Shown piece by piece: positions 51,354 to 61,145 of a stretch of DNA of 64,000 nucleotides. The notes beneath the pieces are model-generated. The model was not told where the DNA came from. It searched no databases and worked only from the letters and a program-made list of their open reading frames with translations. A program made the translations under genes and the position numbers. This stretch comes from Sulfolobales archaeon (GTDB lineage Archaea > Thermoproteota > Thermoprotei_A > Sulfolobales > AG1): contig JAWBYA010000002.1 in assembly GCA_038867615.1 (NCBI GenBank), positions 320,001-384,000 of the forward strand, read 5' to 3'. The stretch's first letter is position 1. Every line of letters starts with the position of its first letter.

Positions 51354-54002
51354 ATGAATAGATATAGACAAGGCCGAGCAAAGATCCAGAGGATAGTATT
51401 ATCACTACTCCTACTCCTAGCCCTATTACCAAACATCTCTATGAATATACCCAGCGTGCTGCTTACAAGCGGGGATACACAGCCCAAGATAGGGGATCAG
51501 TGGTTCTTCGAGATCTATAGCAACGAGCGAGTATATAGCCCCCGGGGTCCTGATAACTTCGTCTTAGTAGGCTACACCATAAATACTATTCAGGCAGCTA
51601 GTGGTGGTTACTATACACTCAACCAAACAACATTGAACTCCGATCGTGATGTGATAAACACAGTCCTATATACCCTCTACCCCGACTGGAAGATTAAGGA
51701 GGAGAGACAACCCACGGGATATGGCGAAACAATCGTTTACACCTACAAGCAACCACTACCCTTTGCCTTCATAGTACATCCAAGATCATCACAGGATTCG
51801 GGTAGCATTACCGCGGTGGCTGACAAGTACCAGGAGAGTAGCAGTGGTAGGACTTATCTTGGCAACATAACATATAACCTGAGATACCGTGTTAACGGTA
51901 CCATCCAGGTGGATTTCAAAGGCGTTAAGGTTCCAGCATACATGGTTGTTGAGAGTATAGATTACGAGGAATATGATGTTGAGCAAGGATACTCCAGCGG
52001 CTCTTTAGCGTTAATTTATCTGATCAACAATGACTTCAAACTACCCTTCAGCTACCAGTTCGTGGAAAACATAGAGGGCGTTGATATCGTTAGCAGCAAG
52101 GAAGAGCTGAAGGAATACAGGCTAGATCCTGACCCTATTGCTAAGTATAGAGGAACCACCACATATACCACAACGACTACCACAACCACGACGACCGGGA
52201 CTACCACGACTACATATACGCCGTCAGGGTCTATACAGCCCAAGGTAGGGGATCAGTGGTTTTACAATAGATATAGTAATGAGAGAGTATATAACCCCCA
52301 GGGTCCGGATAACTTCACCTTAACAGCAAACGACATATATACCATCCAGTCAGCAACTGGCGATTATTATATTCTCAACCAAACATCTGTTTTTAATGAG
52401 ACCGGGATCAGGGGAAGAGTTGTGACCATGATCGCCATGTACCCTAACTGGAGCGTTAAAGAGATGGATATATTATTCCTGCTGACTGCTAAAGTCATCT
52501 TCAAGCAACCCATGCCATTCGTGATCCATCCAAGATCGTCCCAGGATTCAGGGAGCATTATCGCAATAGCAGAGACGTATTTGTTTGGCAGCTACACAGG
52601 CAATGTCACATTCTATATAAACTATCGCGTGAATGGCACCACCTGGGTAACGATCAAAGGGGTTAAGGTACCAGCATACATAGTTATCCAAAAAGTCGAT
52701 GTTCAGACGTACACGGTCTCTGAGGGTCAAGAGAGCTATTCCAACGACTCCTACACCGAAGTCTATCTGATTAACAATGATTTCAAACTACCATTCCAAC
52801 GCCAAACTATAAGAACCATCAACGGGGTTGAAGTCGTTACAGAGAAGAGTGAGCTAGTAAGATATAACCTAGACCCAGATCCCATCGCTAAGTATGGAGG
52901 TACAACTACGACTACAACGACAACAACCACGACGATTGCTACGACTACCACAACGACAACAGCTACAACCCCGCCACCGGTTACTACTACAACCACAGCA
53001 ACACCAACGACAACAACTATAGGGCCTGCTCCTAAGAGTTATTATGTGTCTTTCATCCTTAGAAAGGAGGGTAACTATTCGGCTGCAAGTGTTCAGGTGC
53101 CTATAGAGATCACTGATCTTGATTCTGGCGATGTTGTTTCGACGTTCAATCTAACTGGTTCAAGGATTCTGAGGCTTCAGGAGTCTAGCTATGCCATTGC
53201 GGCATTGGTAACCGAGGATGCTACAAGCGATGGTAAGGGTTATTATAGGTTTATCAAGTGGGTTGTTGGTTCAAGGGAGTATACAGACCCTGTATTAGAG
53301 CTAGATCTCAGGCAAAACATAACAATAACAATGGTTATCGAGGTCTATACATTACAAGCCCAGGTACAGCCGGCGCAAACCCAGACAACAACCACAGCGG
53401 CAACGACAACAACACAGACCCCGAGAAACACAACAACCACAAGAACAGAGGTGGTGACGCCGCCTAGAACAACAGCACAGACAATACCAGGGAGTGGGGA
53501 TACAGGCAAAGGCAGTGGAGGCGATATAGGTGCAATACCACCCCCACAGGCAACCCAGACACAGGCCTGGTACTCTAACCCGCTTATAATAGGCTCCATA
53601 GCTGGTGGTGGCGCAGCAGCGATAGCCCTCTTTATACTGAAGAAGAGAAATACACTCAGAAGAGACGGCTATGCTAGGCCGGCTCCACCACCCCCACCAC
53701 CTCCTACTCCCTACGTCCCTCCACCCCAACCCACAACTCAGCAAGCCCAAACACCGCTGCCTCAACAACCACATGTCTCTCAAGCTCCTCCACAGCCATC
53801 AACCCAGCTGGGGATCATATGTCCTGTCTGTGGATATCAGAACCCGCCTTCGGCTAGGTTCTGCAGAAGCTGTGGATCCCAGTTACAACAGCTGCAACAG
53901 GCAGCACAGACTGGAGGGCAGAGGATATGCCCCCACTGTGGAACGCCTATAAGTTCTGCAACTGCCAAGTTCTGTCCTAAATGCGGTTCTAGGCTATCCT
54001 AG
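51354..54002 (+). CDS. Large surface protein: duplicated ~220-aa domain, Thr-rich linkers, TM, Pro/Gln-rich tail, two double-CxxC zinc ribbons
   Basis: Signal peptide; QPK(I/V)GDQWF...DPDPIAKY twice; poly-Thr tracts; TM then KKR; CPVCG..CRSCG and CPHCG..CPKCG. Confidence 0.88.
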   Translation: MNRYRQGRAKIQRIVLSLLLLLALLPNISMNIPSVLLTSGDTQPKIGDQWFFEIYSNERVYSPRGPDNFVLVGYTINTIQAASGGYYTLNQTTLNSDRDVINTVLYTLYPDWKIKEERQPTGYGETIVYTYKQPLPFAFIVHPRSSQDSGSITAVADKYQESSSGRTYLGNITYNLRYRVNGTIQVDFKGVKVPAYMVVESIDYEEYDVEQGYSSGSLALIYLINNDFKLPFSYQFVENIEGVDIVSSKEELKEYRLDPDPIAKYRGTTTYTTTTTTTTTTGTTTTTYTPSGSIQPKVGDQWFYNRYSNERVYNPQGPDNFTLTANDIYTIQSATGDYYILNQTSVFNETGIRGRVVTMIAMYPNWSVKEMDILFLLTAKVIFKQPMPFVIHPRSSQDSGSIIAIAETYLFGSYTGNVTFYINYRVNGTTWVTIKGVKVPAYIVIQKVDVQTYTVSEGQESYSNDSYTEVYLINNDFKLPFQRQTIRTINGVEVVTEKSELVRYNLDPDPIAKYGGTTTTTTTTTTTIATTTTTTTATTPPPVTTTTTATPTTTTIGPAPKSYYVSFILRKEGNYSAASVQVPIEITDLDSGDVVSTFNLTGSRILRLQESSYAIAALVTEDATSDGKGYYRFIKWVVGSREYTDPVLELDLRQNITITMVIEVYTLQAQVQPAQTQTTTTAATTTTQTPRNTTTTRTEVVTPPRTTAQTIPGSGDTGKGSGGDIGAIPPPQATQTQAWYSNPLIIGSIAGGGAAAIALFILKKRNTLRRDGYARPAPPPPPPPTPYVPPPQPTTQQAQTPLPQQPHVSQAPPQPSTQLGIICPVCGYQNPPSARFCRSCGSQLQQLQQAAQTGGQRICPHCGTPISSATAKFCPKCGSRLS
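51480..52895 (+). repeat. Internal tandem duplication (~665 bp x2) within the surface protein gene
   Basis: 51480-52147 vs 52236-52895 share blocks such as cagcccaag.taggggatcagtggtt, catccaagatc.tc.caggattc.gg.agcatta and aacaatga.ttcaaactacc.ttc. Confidence 0.9.
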
Positions 54003-56500
54003 AGGTTTTTATCCCTCCTGATACTTGATATTTGTTTTTTCAGCCTCTCTATGAATAGGCGTGCTTCTTCTTCTCTCCCCTTTGCAGCGTTTTCAAGCAT
54101 ATCTAGTGTTTGGGCTAGTATATCCTCGCCCCTCTTTTTCATACTATCTATACTCCATAGGATGGCTCCACAGATAGCCATCACATAGATCTTTCTATAA
54201 AAGCTACATCTATGGATATTACCAAGGCTCCATGCAACATCTTCCGAAGGATCTTCGCCTCTTAGATACTTAACCAACGCCCTACCAGTTCTAGCAAGCA
54301 CTAATGGTTCGCCCATCTTGATCTTGTTATTAGTCATGATCTCCTCGGCCTTGTCTAGATCTCTCTCGCCAGCCTCTAGATCTCCTAAGAGGAGCTTTGA
54401 TATTGACATATCTATATATATGCTAGCCTCTAAATATGGGTAGCCGGGCCCTAGGATTGTTGCTGCTTTTTCAAGCATCTCCACAGAGCCCTTAAGATCC
54501 GCTAACATGAAGAGGGTGCTAGCCAACTCTTTATACCCTATCGCCAGGCTATGCTTCGCACCGAGATCCTCAAAGATCTTCATGGCCGTTTTAAGGGAAT
54601 CGATGGAATCCCCATACCTAAGCATAAGCCTATAAGCCATGCTAAGCCATCCCCTAGCCAGTGCTTCTCCAAACCTATTCCCAAAGACCATGTATCTCTT
54701 CACAATATGCTCAAGAATCTCTACAGCCTTCTCTAGATCCCCCATCTGCTGGTAAGTAGCTGCAATGTTATAGAGAGCACTATCACGGGCCTCACGATCC
54801 CTGAGTTCCATTGACATCCTTAAAGCTTGGTTGAGCTCTCTAAGCGATTCTTCATATCTATCCAAATGTCTGTATATAATACCCATCTCGATCTTAACTC
54901 GGAGCAAGAGTCTCTTGGAATAAGCCTCACCTATCTCCCTAGCCCTTTCAAGATGATCCAGGCTGCTCCACGGATCTCCTCTAAGCTTCTCAACAATAGC
55001 CAGAGCAAGCTCAAACCAGCCGAGGTTTGTGGGGCTTTTCCACCTAACCGTATTTCTCGAAATCTTGTTGAGCACCTCGCCATATAGATGCAGACCGATC
55101 TTTCCTTGACTGATCGACTCAACAAGTTTGGGGAGCATCTCAGCAGCCTCTTCATACATGCCAGCATCTACATAGTGTTTCATAGCTACTAGATAGTCCT
55201 CGACGTATCCTCTAGATCTATGGTATGAGGCTATAATAGCGTGAAGCTCCTCGGGATCCTCTGTAACCCGTGCACATGTCTCTCTGATAAGCTCGTTAGC
55301 AGTATATCCTTCCCCTAACCTCTTGACCAGAAACATTCTCTCAAGCGTGCGGACAGCCTGTTTCGGATCGCTGATCCTGAGAAGCTTGATCATTGAGAAA
55401 GGCACTGGCCTCTCCGCTATCGAGATCAGCTCCAATACTCTACGCTCATCAGGAGATAATGCATCTATAACCTCGCTTACTATATATTCCATGGTTTTTG
55501 AGATCGCCTCGGAGCCTCTATGGCTCTTTAGTAATGATGAGTATAGCAATAACAGGTGGGGATGCCCACCAAATACGCTATAGAACCTCTCGAAATCCTC
55601 CAGCGATAAGCCTACCCTTTCAGCAAGGTCTCTAGCCTCTCCATACCCCATACCCCTCACCTCTATTGATGCACATCTTCCCAGGCAGTCTCTAGGCATC
55701 GTTCTCGATATTATGATCAGTTTGCTCTTGATCCTCCCAAGCTCTGATACGGACTTAACAAGATCGTGTATAACGGGATCGGTGTTTAGGTGATAGTCAT
55801 CAATAACTATAACCAGCTCCCTTGTCGAAAGCTCCTCAAGCAATAGGTTCATTAAGAGCCTCTCATCAGTAACACCACTATCAAGGGCTTCTAGTAGTCT
55901 TGGATATCCCAGTAAGTTGAGGAAGAGCGAGATCCTTCTAAGAAGCTGTATGAACGTGATCCCCCTATAGATCTGGTTCCAAAGCACAGGGATCTTAGAG
56001 TCGCTCAGAGCCCTAGCCACTAGAGAGGTTTTCCCTATCCCTGCAATGCCTACTACAAAAACAGGGTTTCCAACAGCCTTTTTCAAAGCATCTATATAGC
56101 TATCTCTACCCACGAAAACAGGTGTAGGGGGTGGGAGGAAATACATGTCATGCGCGGCTTTCCCGCCAGGCCTGCCAAGATCTATGCTAACGCCCCCAGC
56201 ACCTACCCTGATCAAGATCTCAGGGGATCTAGCATAGTAGAGCTTAACATTAACACCCTCCCTTCTAACCCACCTACCCTCTACCAAACCGAGCTTCTCT
56301 AGCTTAGAGAGCCTTCTAGATACTGCTGTCTCATCAGCACCTAAAACTGTGCTGAGCTTCCTGGGGTTAGATGGCATTGAGGAGAGCACAATTAAGATCT
56401 TTAGCGATAAATCATCGGCTAGCGTGGAAAGGATCTCACCGGATCTCTCACGCCCCTCCTCGCTCCTGGGATTGTCGCTAATCATCTCGTTCGGAGCCAC
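53999..56500 (-). CDS. ArsR-type HTH + STAND P-loop ATPase + TPR repeat protein (MalT/NB-ARC-like architecture)
   Basis: N-terminal wHTH; FVGR; Walker A GIAGIGKT; Walker B LVIVIDDYH; IIISR sensor; GGHP GxP motif; long C-terminal TPR array. Confidence 0.88.
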   Translation of the reverse strand: MAPNEMISDNPRSEEGRERSGEILSTLADDLSLKILIVLSSMPSNPRKLSTVLGADETAVSRRLSKLEKLGLVEGRWVRREGVNVKLYYARSPEILIRVGAGGVSIDLGRPGGKAAHDMYFLPPPTPVFVGRDSYIDALKKAVGNPVFVVGIAGIGKTSLVARALSDSKIPVLWNQIYRGITFIQLLRRISLFLNLLGYPRLLEALDSGVTDERLLMNLLLEELSTRELVIVIDDYHLNTDPVIHDLVKSVSELGRIKSKLIIISRTMPRDCLGRCASIEVRGMGYGEARDLAERVGLSLEDFERFYSVFGGHPHLLLLYSSLLKSHRGSEAISKTMEYIVSEVIDALSPDERRVLELISIAERPVPFSMIKLLRISDPKQAVRTLERMFLVKRLGEGYTANELIRETCARVTEDPEELHAIIASYHRSRGYVEDYLVAMKHYVDAGMYEEAAEMLPKLVESISQGKIGLHLYGEVLNKISRNTVRWKSPTNLGWFELALAIVEKLRGDPWSSLDHLERAREIGEAYSKRLLLRVKIEMGIIYRHLDRYEESLRELNQALRMSMELRDREARDSALYNIAATYQQMGDLEKAVEILEHIVKRYMVFGNRFGEALARGWLSMAYRLMLRYGDSIDSLKTAMKIFEDLGAKHSLAIGYKELASTLFMLADLKGSVEMLEKAATILGPGYPYLEASIYIDMSISKLLLGDLEAGERDLDKAEEIMTNNKIKMGEPLVLARTGRALVKYLRGEDPSEDVAWSLGNIHRCSFYRKIYVMAICGAILWSIDSMKKRGEDILAQTLDMLENAAKGREEEARLFIERLKKQISSIRRDKNL

Positions 56501-56614
56501 CGCCTGACTCTTTAATAACTAACCTTCTATATATATAACGAGATAATATATGATAACATCACTTGCTCGAAAGCGGGTTATAACTGTCCTAGCGATAGAT
56601 ATACCAGAGGGTAT

Positions 56615-57745
56615 ATGAAGCAAGCAGAACTATATAGAAAGCTTGAAGATAAGCGGGTTGAGTGCCTAGCCTGTGCGAGGAGGTGCAGGCTAGCCCCGGG
56701 ACAGATAGGTTTCTGTGGGGTTAGGGGTAACAAGGAGGGGGAGTTATATTTATTGGTATATGGTAAGGTTATAGCGATGCATGTAGATCCTATTGAGAAG
56801 AAGCCTTTAAGCCACTTCCACCCAGGATCGATGGTTCTCTCGATAGCCACTACAGGTTGTAGCTGGGCATGTATGTATTGCCAGAACTTCGATATATCCC
56901 AAAGGAGGGTTGTAGAGGGTTTCGAGGTATCGCCAGAGGAGATTGTCGACATAGCTTTGAAGGTGGGCGCACAGGGGATAACGTATACCTATAACGAGCC
57001 AAGCATCTTCGCCGAGTTTGCCCACGATGTTGGGGTTGCTGCTCACAAGAGGGGTCTTTTCAACAATTTCGTCTCTAACGGCTATCTAACGGATGAGGCT
57101 GTTGACTATTTATCAAAATTCCTCGATGCTATTACAGTTGATTTTAAAGGGAATGCCGATGATACCTTCGCAAGGAAATTCATACTTATACCAAGCTATA
57201 AACCTGTTTTCGATGCTCTCTTGGAGCTTAAGAGGAAGAAGATCCACATAGAGATCACAGATCTAGTGATTCCGAAGGTTGGAGACGATCTGGAGAAGGC
57301 CAGAAAGCTTGTGAAATGGATCCACGATAACCTTGGTCCCGAGACACCTATCCATTTCCTAAGATTCCACCCCGACTACAAGATGATGGATTACCCCTGG
57401 ACCCCTATAGAGACTCTTGAGAAGCATATCAAAATAGCTAGGGAGGAGGGGATGAAATATGTCTATATAGGCAACGTACCAGGCCATCCAGATGAGCACA
57501 CATACTGTCCAAAATGCGGTAATGTAGTGATAGAGAGATACGGCTTCGAGATAGTGAGTTGGAGACTTACGAAAGATAATAGGTGTAGATTCTGTGGCGA
57601 GAAAATACCAATAGTAGGAACGCTCCACGAGACATATAGGGATAACAGGTTTTTCCCAATACCGATCTATAGGCTTAAGAGATTCGAAAGAGTAGATGCC
57701 AAAAAGATCTTGACATCGTCGAAGGAGCAGAGCAAGCGCAACTGA
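56615..57745 (+). CDS. amrS: AmmeMemoRadiSam system radical SAM enzyme
   Basis: [63 protein letters not shown]. Confidence 0.9.
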   Translation: MKQAELYRKLEDKRVECLACARRCRLAPGQIGFCGVRGNKEGELYLLVYGKVIAMHVDPIEKKPLSHFHPGSMVLSIATTGCSWACMYCQNFDISQRRVVEGFEVSPEEIVDIALKVGAQGITYTYNEPSIFAEFAHDVGVAAHKRGLFNNFVSNGYLTDEAVDYLSKFLDAITVDFKGNADDTFARKFILIPSYKPVFDALLELKRKKIHIEITDLVIPKVGDDLEKARKLVKWIHDNLGPETPIHFLRFHPDYKMMDYPWTPIETLEKHIKIAREEGMKYVYIGNVPGHPDEHTYCPKCGNVVIERYGFEIVSWRLTKDNRCRFCGEKIPIVGTLHETYRDNRFFPIPIYRLKRFERVDAKKILTSSKEQSKRN

Positions 57746-57788
57746 TCTATAAAAGCTTATAATCAAGCTAACACTATCACACATTGTG

Positions 57789-58127
57789 ATGAGCTTGGTG
57801 AAAGTTTTGCTCTTAATCATGTCAGGCGACGAAAAAGCAGATCTTGGAGTTAGGTTCGCCTATAGATCAATAGAGAATCAGAGGTTCGAAGACCTGAAAG
57901 TCATATTCTTCGGCCCTAGCCAGAAGAGGATCCTAGAGTACAGTGGTGAGATGAAGAAAATGCTGGATGAACTAAAGAAAAGAGGAGCTGTCGATGCTGC
58001 ATGTATAGGCGTAGCCAAGGATCTAGGGATCGAAAAGCCTCTGGAAGATCTCGGGCTCGCCTTAGTACCTGTGGGCAATAGAATCAAGTATTTCTTAGAA
58101 AAAGGATACCAGGTTATATCTTTCTAG
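57789..58127 (+). CDS. DsrE-like small protein
   Basis: KVIFFGPS, AACIGVA, GYQVISF pattern. Confidence 0.75.
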   Translation: MSLVKVLLLIMSGDEKADLGVRFAYRSIENQRFEDLKVIFFGPSQKRILEYSGEMKKMLDELKKRGAVDAACIGVAKDLGIEKPLEDLGLALVPVGNRIKYFLEKGYQVISF

Positions 58128-58129
58128 CA

Positions 58130-58420
58130 CTATTTAGTAGCAAGCTCCTGCTCGGTTTTTCTCCTCTTAACGGCGGCGTCAAACACTATCCAGTTTCTAT
58201 ACCACTCCTCGTTTTCCCTCCTCAAGAGCTCTAGAACCATTCTAGTAAGATCTTTTGCAGATACCTCCTTAACACCTTGATCTAGAAGCCTTCCCTCAAT
58301 TATTTTAGCGATCTTTCTAGCGGCATCAAGCGTAGCCCCTGCCTTCATACAGCTCACAACGATTTTTTCGAACACGAATTCCTCCTTACTACCATCTCTT
58401 TTTACAACATATATGGTCAA
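58130..58420 (-). CDS. Stand-alone ATP-cone domain protein
   Basis: VVKRDGSKEEFVFEKI..SC..AG. Confidence 0.88.
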   Translation of the reverse strand: MTIYVVKRDGSKEEFVFEKIVVSCMKAGATLDAARKIAKIIEGRLLDQGVKEVSAKDLTRMVLELLRRENEEWYRNWIVFDAAVKRRKTEQELATK

Positions 58421-58599
58421 GACCCGATCACCATAACAATATCTTCAATTAAAAATATATCTATCATACTAATGTATCATAGATCCTTGACAATAATAAG
58501 ACACACATGCCATAGCCCCGCGCTCTGCCCTAATAAGCTGATTTCTATGTCAACCCTTGATTGGTTGAAGAATACCACTTAGGCGGAAAGAGCTTATCC

Positions 58600-58743
58600 T
58601 AGAGATCTTCATATCGCTTGGCTCAGCGTTAGCATCACGAACGTGTGATAGAGCTTCCTTAGAGTATGTAAGAGTTTTTAGATGGGATGTAGAAGTATGT
58701 AGAAGAAAACAAATAATATCAACAAATATCAAGAGACAAACAG
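58600..58743 (+). mobile_element. Highly decayed IS200/IS605-like right-end remnant, copy D
   Basis: CATATCGCTTGGCTCAGC...GATGTAGAAGTATGTAGAAG...A-rich...AAGAGACAAACAG follows the layout of copies C and E. Confidence 0.3.
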
Positions 58744-58809
58744 ATAACAACATATATCTGACTAGTATGAACTATATACTGGTGGTTTGAAATACTGGTA
58801 TTCGCACTC

Positions 58810-59985
58810 GTGAAAGGAGTTCCAGCGAACACAGCAAGGGTTGTGACTGTAGGCGGTATCCTGAGGAGGGAGGAGATGGATATAGTTCTGAATCCTTATG
58901 ATAGGAAAACAATCGAGGCTGCTGATTATATGAGGAGAAGGGTTGGGGGAAAGCTTGTGGCAATGTCTATGGGTCCCCACCCAAAGATCATACCTATAAT
59001 GAGAGAGATCTTCGATGCAGAGGTTTCTGGAATAGATGAGGCATATATATTAAGCGACAAGAGAATGGCTGGTGCTGATACATGGGCTACATCATATACG
59101 CTCTCTAGAGGGATCTTAAAAGTATTATCTATACATAGAGAAGCGGTTGAGATGCTGGCTAACGCCATAGAATCTGGCGAGGCTATAGATAAGGTTGAGG
59201 CCCTAGCAACAGATCTATATAGGAGGAACCTTATACCCAACAAGATCTATAGTGATAAGCCATCAATAAGGGATACCCTTATTAATATGCTTAGAGAGGG
59301 AAAGATCTCTAGGAGCGATGCTGTAGAGCTCCTCAAGGAGGAGGCGAAGAGAGTTACAACGAACTTCGTTATTTTCTGTGGGATGAAAGCAGCTGATGGA
59401 GAGACTGGTAACGTTGGCCCCCAGGTTGCTGAGGCCCTTTCACAGGAGCTTGGGCTCACAATACCCCATGCGTCCTTTGTGGTTGATTATGAGTATATCG
59501 GTGAGAGGAACTCTCTCCTAGTTAAGAGGAGGCTCATAAACGTCATGCAGATCATAGAGTTAGATCTCCCGTCTGTTCTAACAATACATGTAGACTACTC
59601 AGCACCGCCTGTACCTCTCTCTGGCAGGAGAGCTTCTCTTATGAATTCATATAGGGGCAAAAACACCAATATAACTATATGGTCTGCTGACGATATAAAG
59701 GCTGATCCAAGATATATAGGACTTGCTGGATCGCCAACCGTGGTTGGCCCAGGTATTGATATTGGTAGACCTCATGTTAGAAAGATTGTTGGATTATCTA
59801 TCATAGCTGCCAAGGATATCGATAAGATCAGCTATGGTGATAAGACCTATGGTCCCTTCAAAAAAGGAGATCTTCTTGACAGCCTGCCCGAGGATCTTAA
59901 GAGGGATCTAGCAGCAAAGGGGCTGGCTAAGACCTTTGATTACGAGGATCTTGCTGAAGAGATCATAAACATATTGAGGGGGTAG
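58810..59985 (+). CDS. fixA: Electron transfer flavoprotein beta subunit (FixA/EtfB), enlarged; start probably slightly upstream
   Basis: VKGVP, LNPYD, SMGP, GADTWATS..L, DGETGNVGPQVA, GLAGSPTVV. Confidence 0.9.
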   Translation: MKGVPANTARVVTVGGILRREEMDIVLNPYDRKTIEAADYMRRRVGGKLVAMSMGPHPKIIPIMREIFDAEVSGIDEAYILSDKRMAGADTWATSYTLSRGILKVLSIHREAVEMLANAIESGEAIDKVEALATDLYRRNLIPNKIYSDKPSIRDTLINMLREGKISRSDAVELLKEEAKRVTTNFVIFCGMKAADGETGNVGPQVAEALSQELGLTIPHASFVVDYEYIGERNSLLVKRRLINVMQIIELDLPSVLTIHVDYSAPPVPLSGRRASLMNSYRGKNTNITIWSADDIKADPRYIGLAGSPTVVGPGIDIGRPHVRKIVGLSIIAAKDIDKISYGDKTYGPFKKGDLLDSLPEDLKRDLAAKGLAKTFDYEDLAEEIINILRG

Positions 59986-59993
59986 ATGGTTCT

Positions 59994-61145
59994 ATGCAGC
60001 CGCAAAACCGGCAGGCACCGACTCTCAACATGCTTCCATCAACTCCAGATATAGAGAGCTATAGGGATGTCTGGACATTCGTCGAGATCTTTAGAGGAGA
60101 ACTGATAAGCTATAGCCTTGAGGGGATAGCTGCTGCTAAAAAGATAGCTTCTAAGGTTGGCATGAAAGTAGGGGCTCTCGTAGCTGGCGATAAAGTTAGC
60201 GATGATATTGCTAAAACACTGATAGAACACGGCGCAGACTATGTAGTTGCTGTAGAACACCAATACCTAGCTGATTACGAGCCCCTCGCCTATACCGAGG
60301 CTTTGGAAGAGATTGTGAGGCTTAGGAAGCCGTGGGCTCTTATATTTATGGCCGATGAGGTGGGCAGAGATCTAGCCCCAAGACTTGCCTACAGGCTTGT
60401 CACAGGGCTTGCTACAGATAATATTGATTTCGATGTCGAGGACTTTTTCCACGGACTCTTGAAAGAGAAGTTCTCAAACATACTGGCTCAGATAAGGCCT
60501 GACTTTGCTACAAGGATAGCTAAGATATATACGCCGAGACATAGACCCCAGATAGCGTCTCTCCGACCGGGCTCTTTCAAACCACTCCAGAGAGATCCAT
60601 CTAGGGTTGGGGATGTATATAGATACACACCAGCACTTAAAAATTACCAGAAGAAAGTAAGGATCGTGGACTACGAGAAGATCGAGGATAGAGGCGCTGA
60701 GCTCCTAAGCGCGAAGTTGATAGTGGGTCTAGGGCTAGGGATCTTGAGGGATGCCGAGGGAAACGCCAAGAACCCTCTAGAGGCTGTCGACATGGCTAAA
60801 AAGATCCTAGATCTTGTCAGAAGAAAACTCGGTGTGGAGACAGCACTGGGAGCTTCTAGAGCACTTATACATGCAGATGTAAAGGAGCTGAGGGAGATCA
60901 TAACACACGATATACAGATCGGACAGACCGGAAAGACAGTATCGCCCAAGGTATATATAGCTGCTGGTATAAGTGGTGCGATACAACATAGAGTAGGGAT
61001 CCTGAGGGCCGGCAGTGTGGTTGCCATAAATATAGACTCCAGAGCACCGATACACGAGATAGCTCACTACTCAATAATAGAAGACCTATATAGAGCCTTA
61101 CCTAAGCTTTACGAGGCGTTGCAGAAAAAGCTTGAGAGTAGGTGA
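59994..61145 (+). CDS. fixB: Electron transfer flavoprotein alpha subunit (FixB/EtfA)
   Basis: GRDLAPRLA..L.TGL, GASRA, QIGQTGKTVSPKVYIAAGISGAIQH, AIN.D..API. Confidence 0.93.
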   Translation: MQPQNRQAPTLNMLPSTPDIESYRDVWTFVEIFRGELISYSLEGIAAAKKIASKVGMKVGALVAGDKVSDDIAKTLIEHGADYVVAVEHQYLADYEPLAYTEALEEIVRLRKPWALIFMADEVGRDLAPRLAYRLVTGLATDNIDFDVEDFFHGLLKEKFSNILAQIRPDFATRIAKIYTPRHRPQIASLRPGSFKPLQRDPSRVGDVYRYTPALKNYQKKVRIVDYEKIEDRGAELLSAKLIVGLGLGILRDAEGNAKNPLEAVDMAKKILDLVRRKLGVETALGASRALIHADVKELREIITHDIQIGQTGKTVSPKVYIAAGISGAIQHRVGILRAGSVVAINIDSRAPIHEIAHYSIIEDLYRALPKLYEALQKKLESR

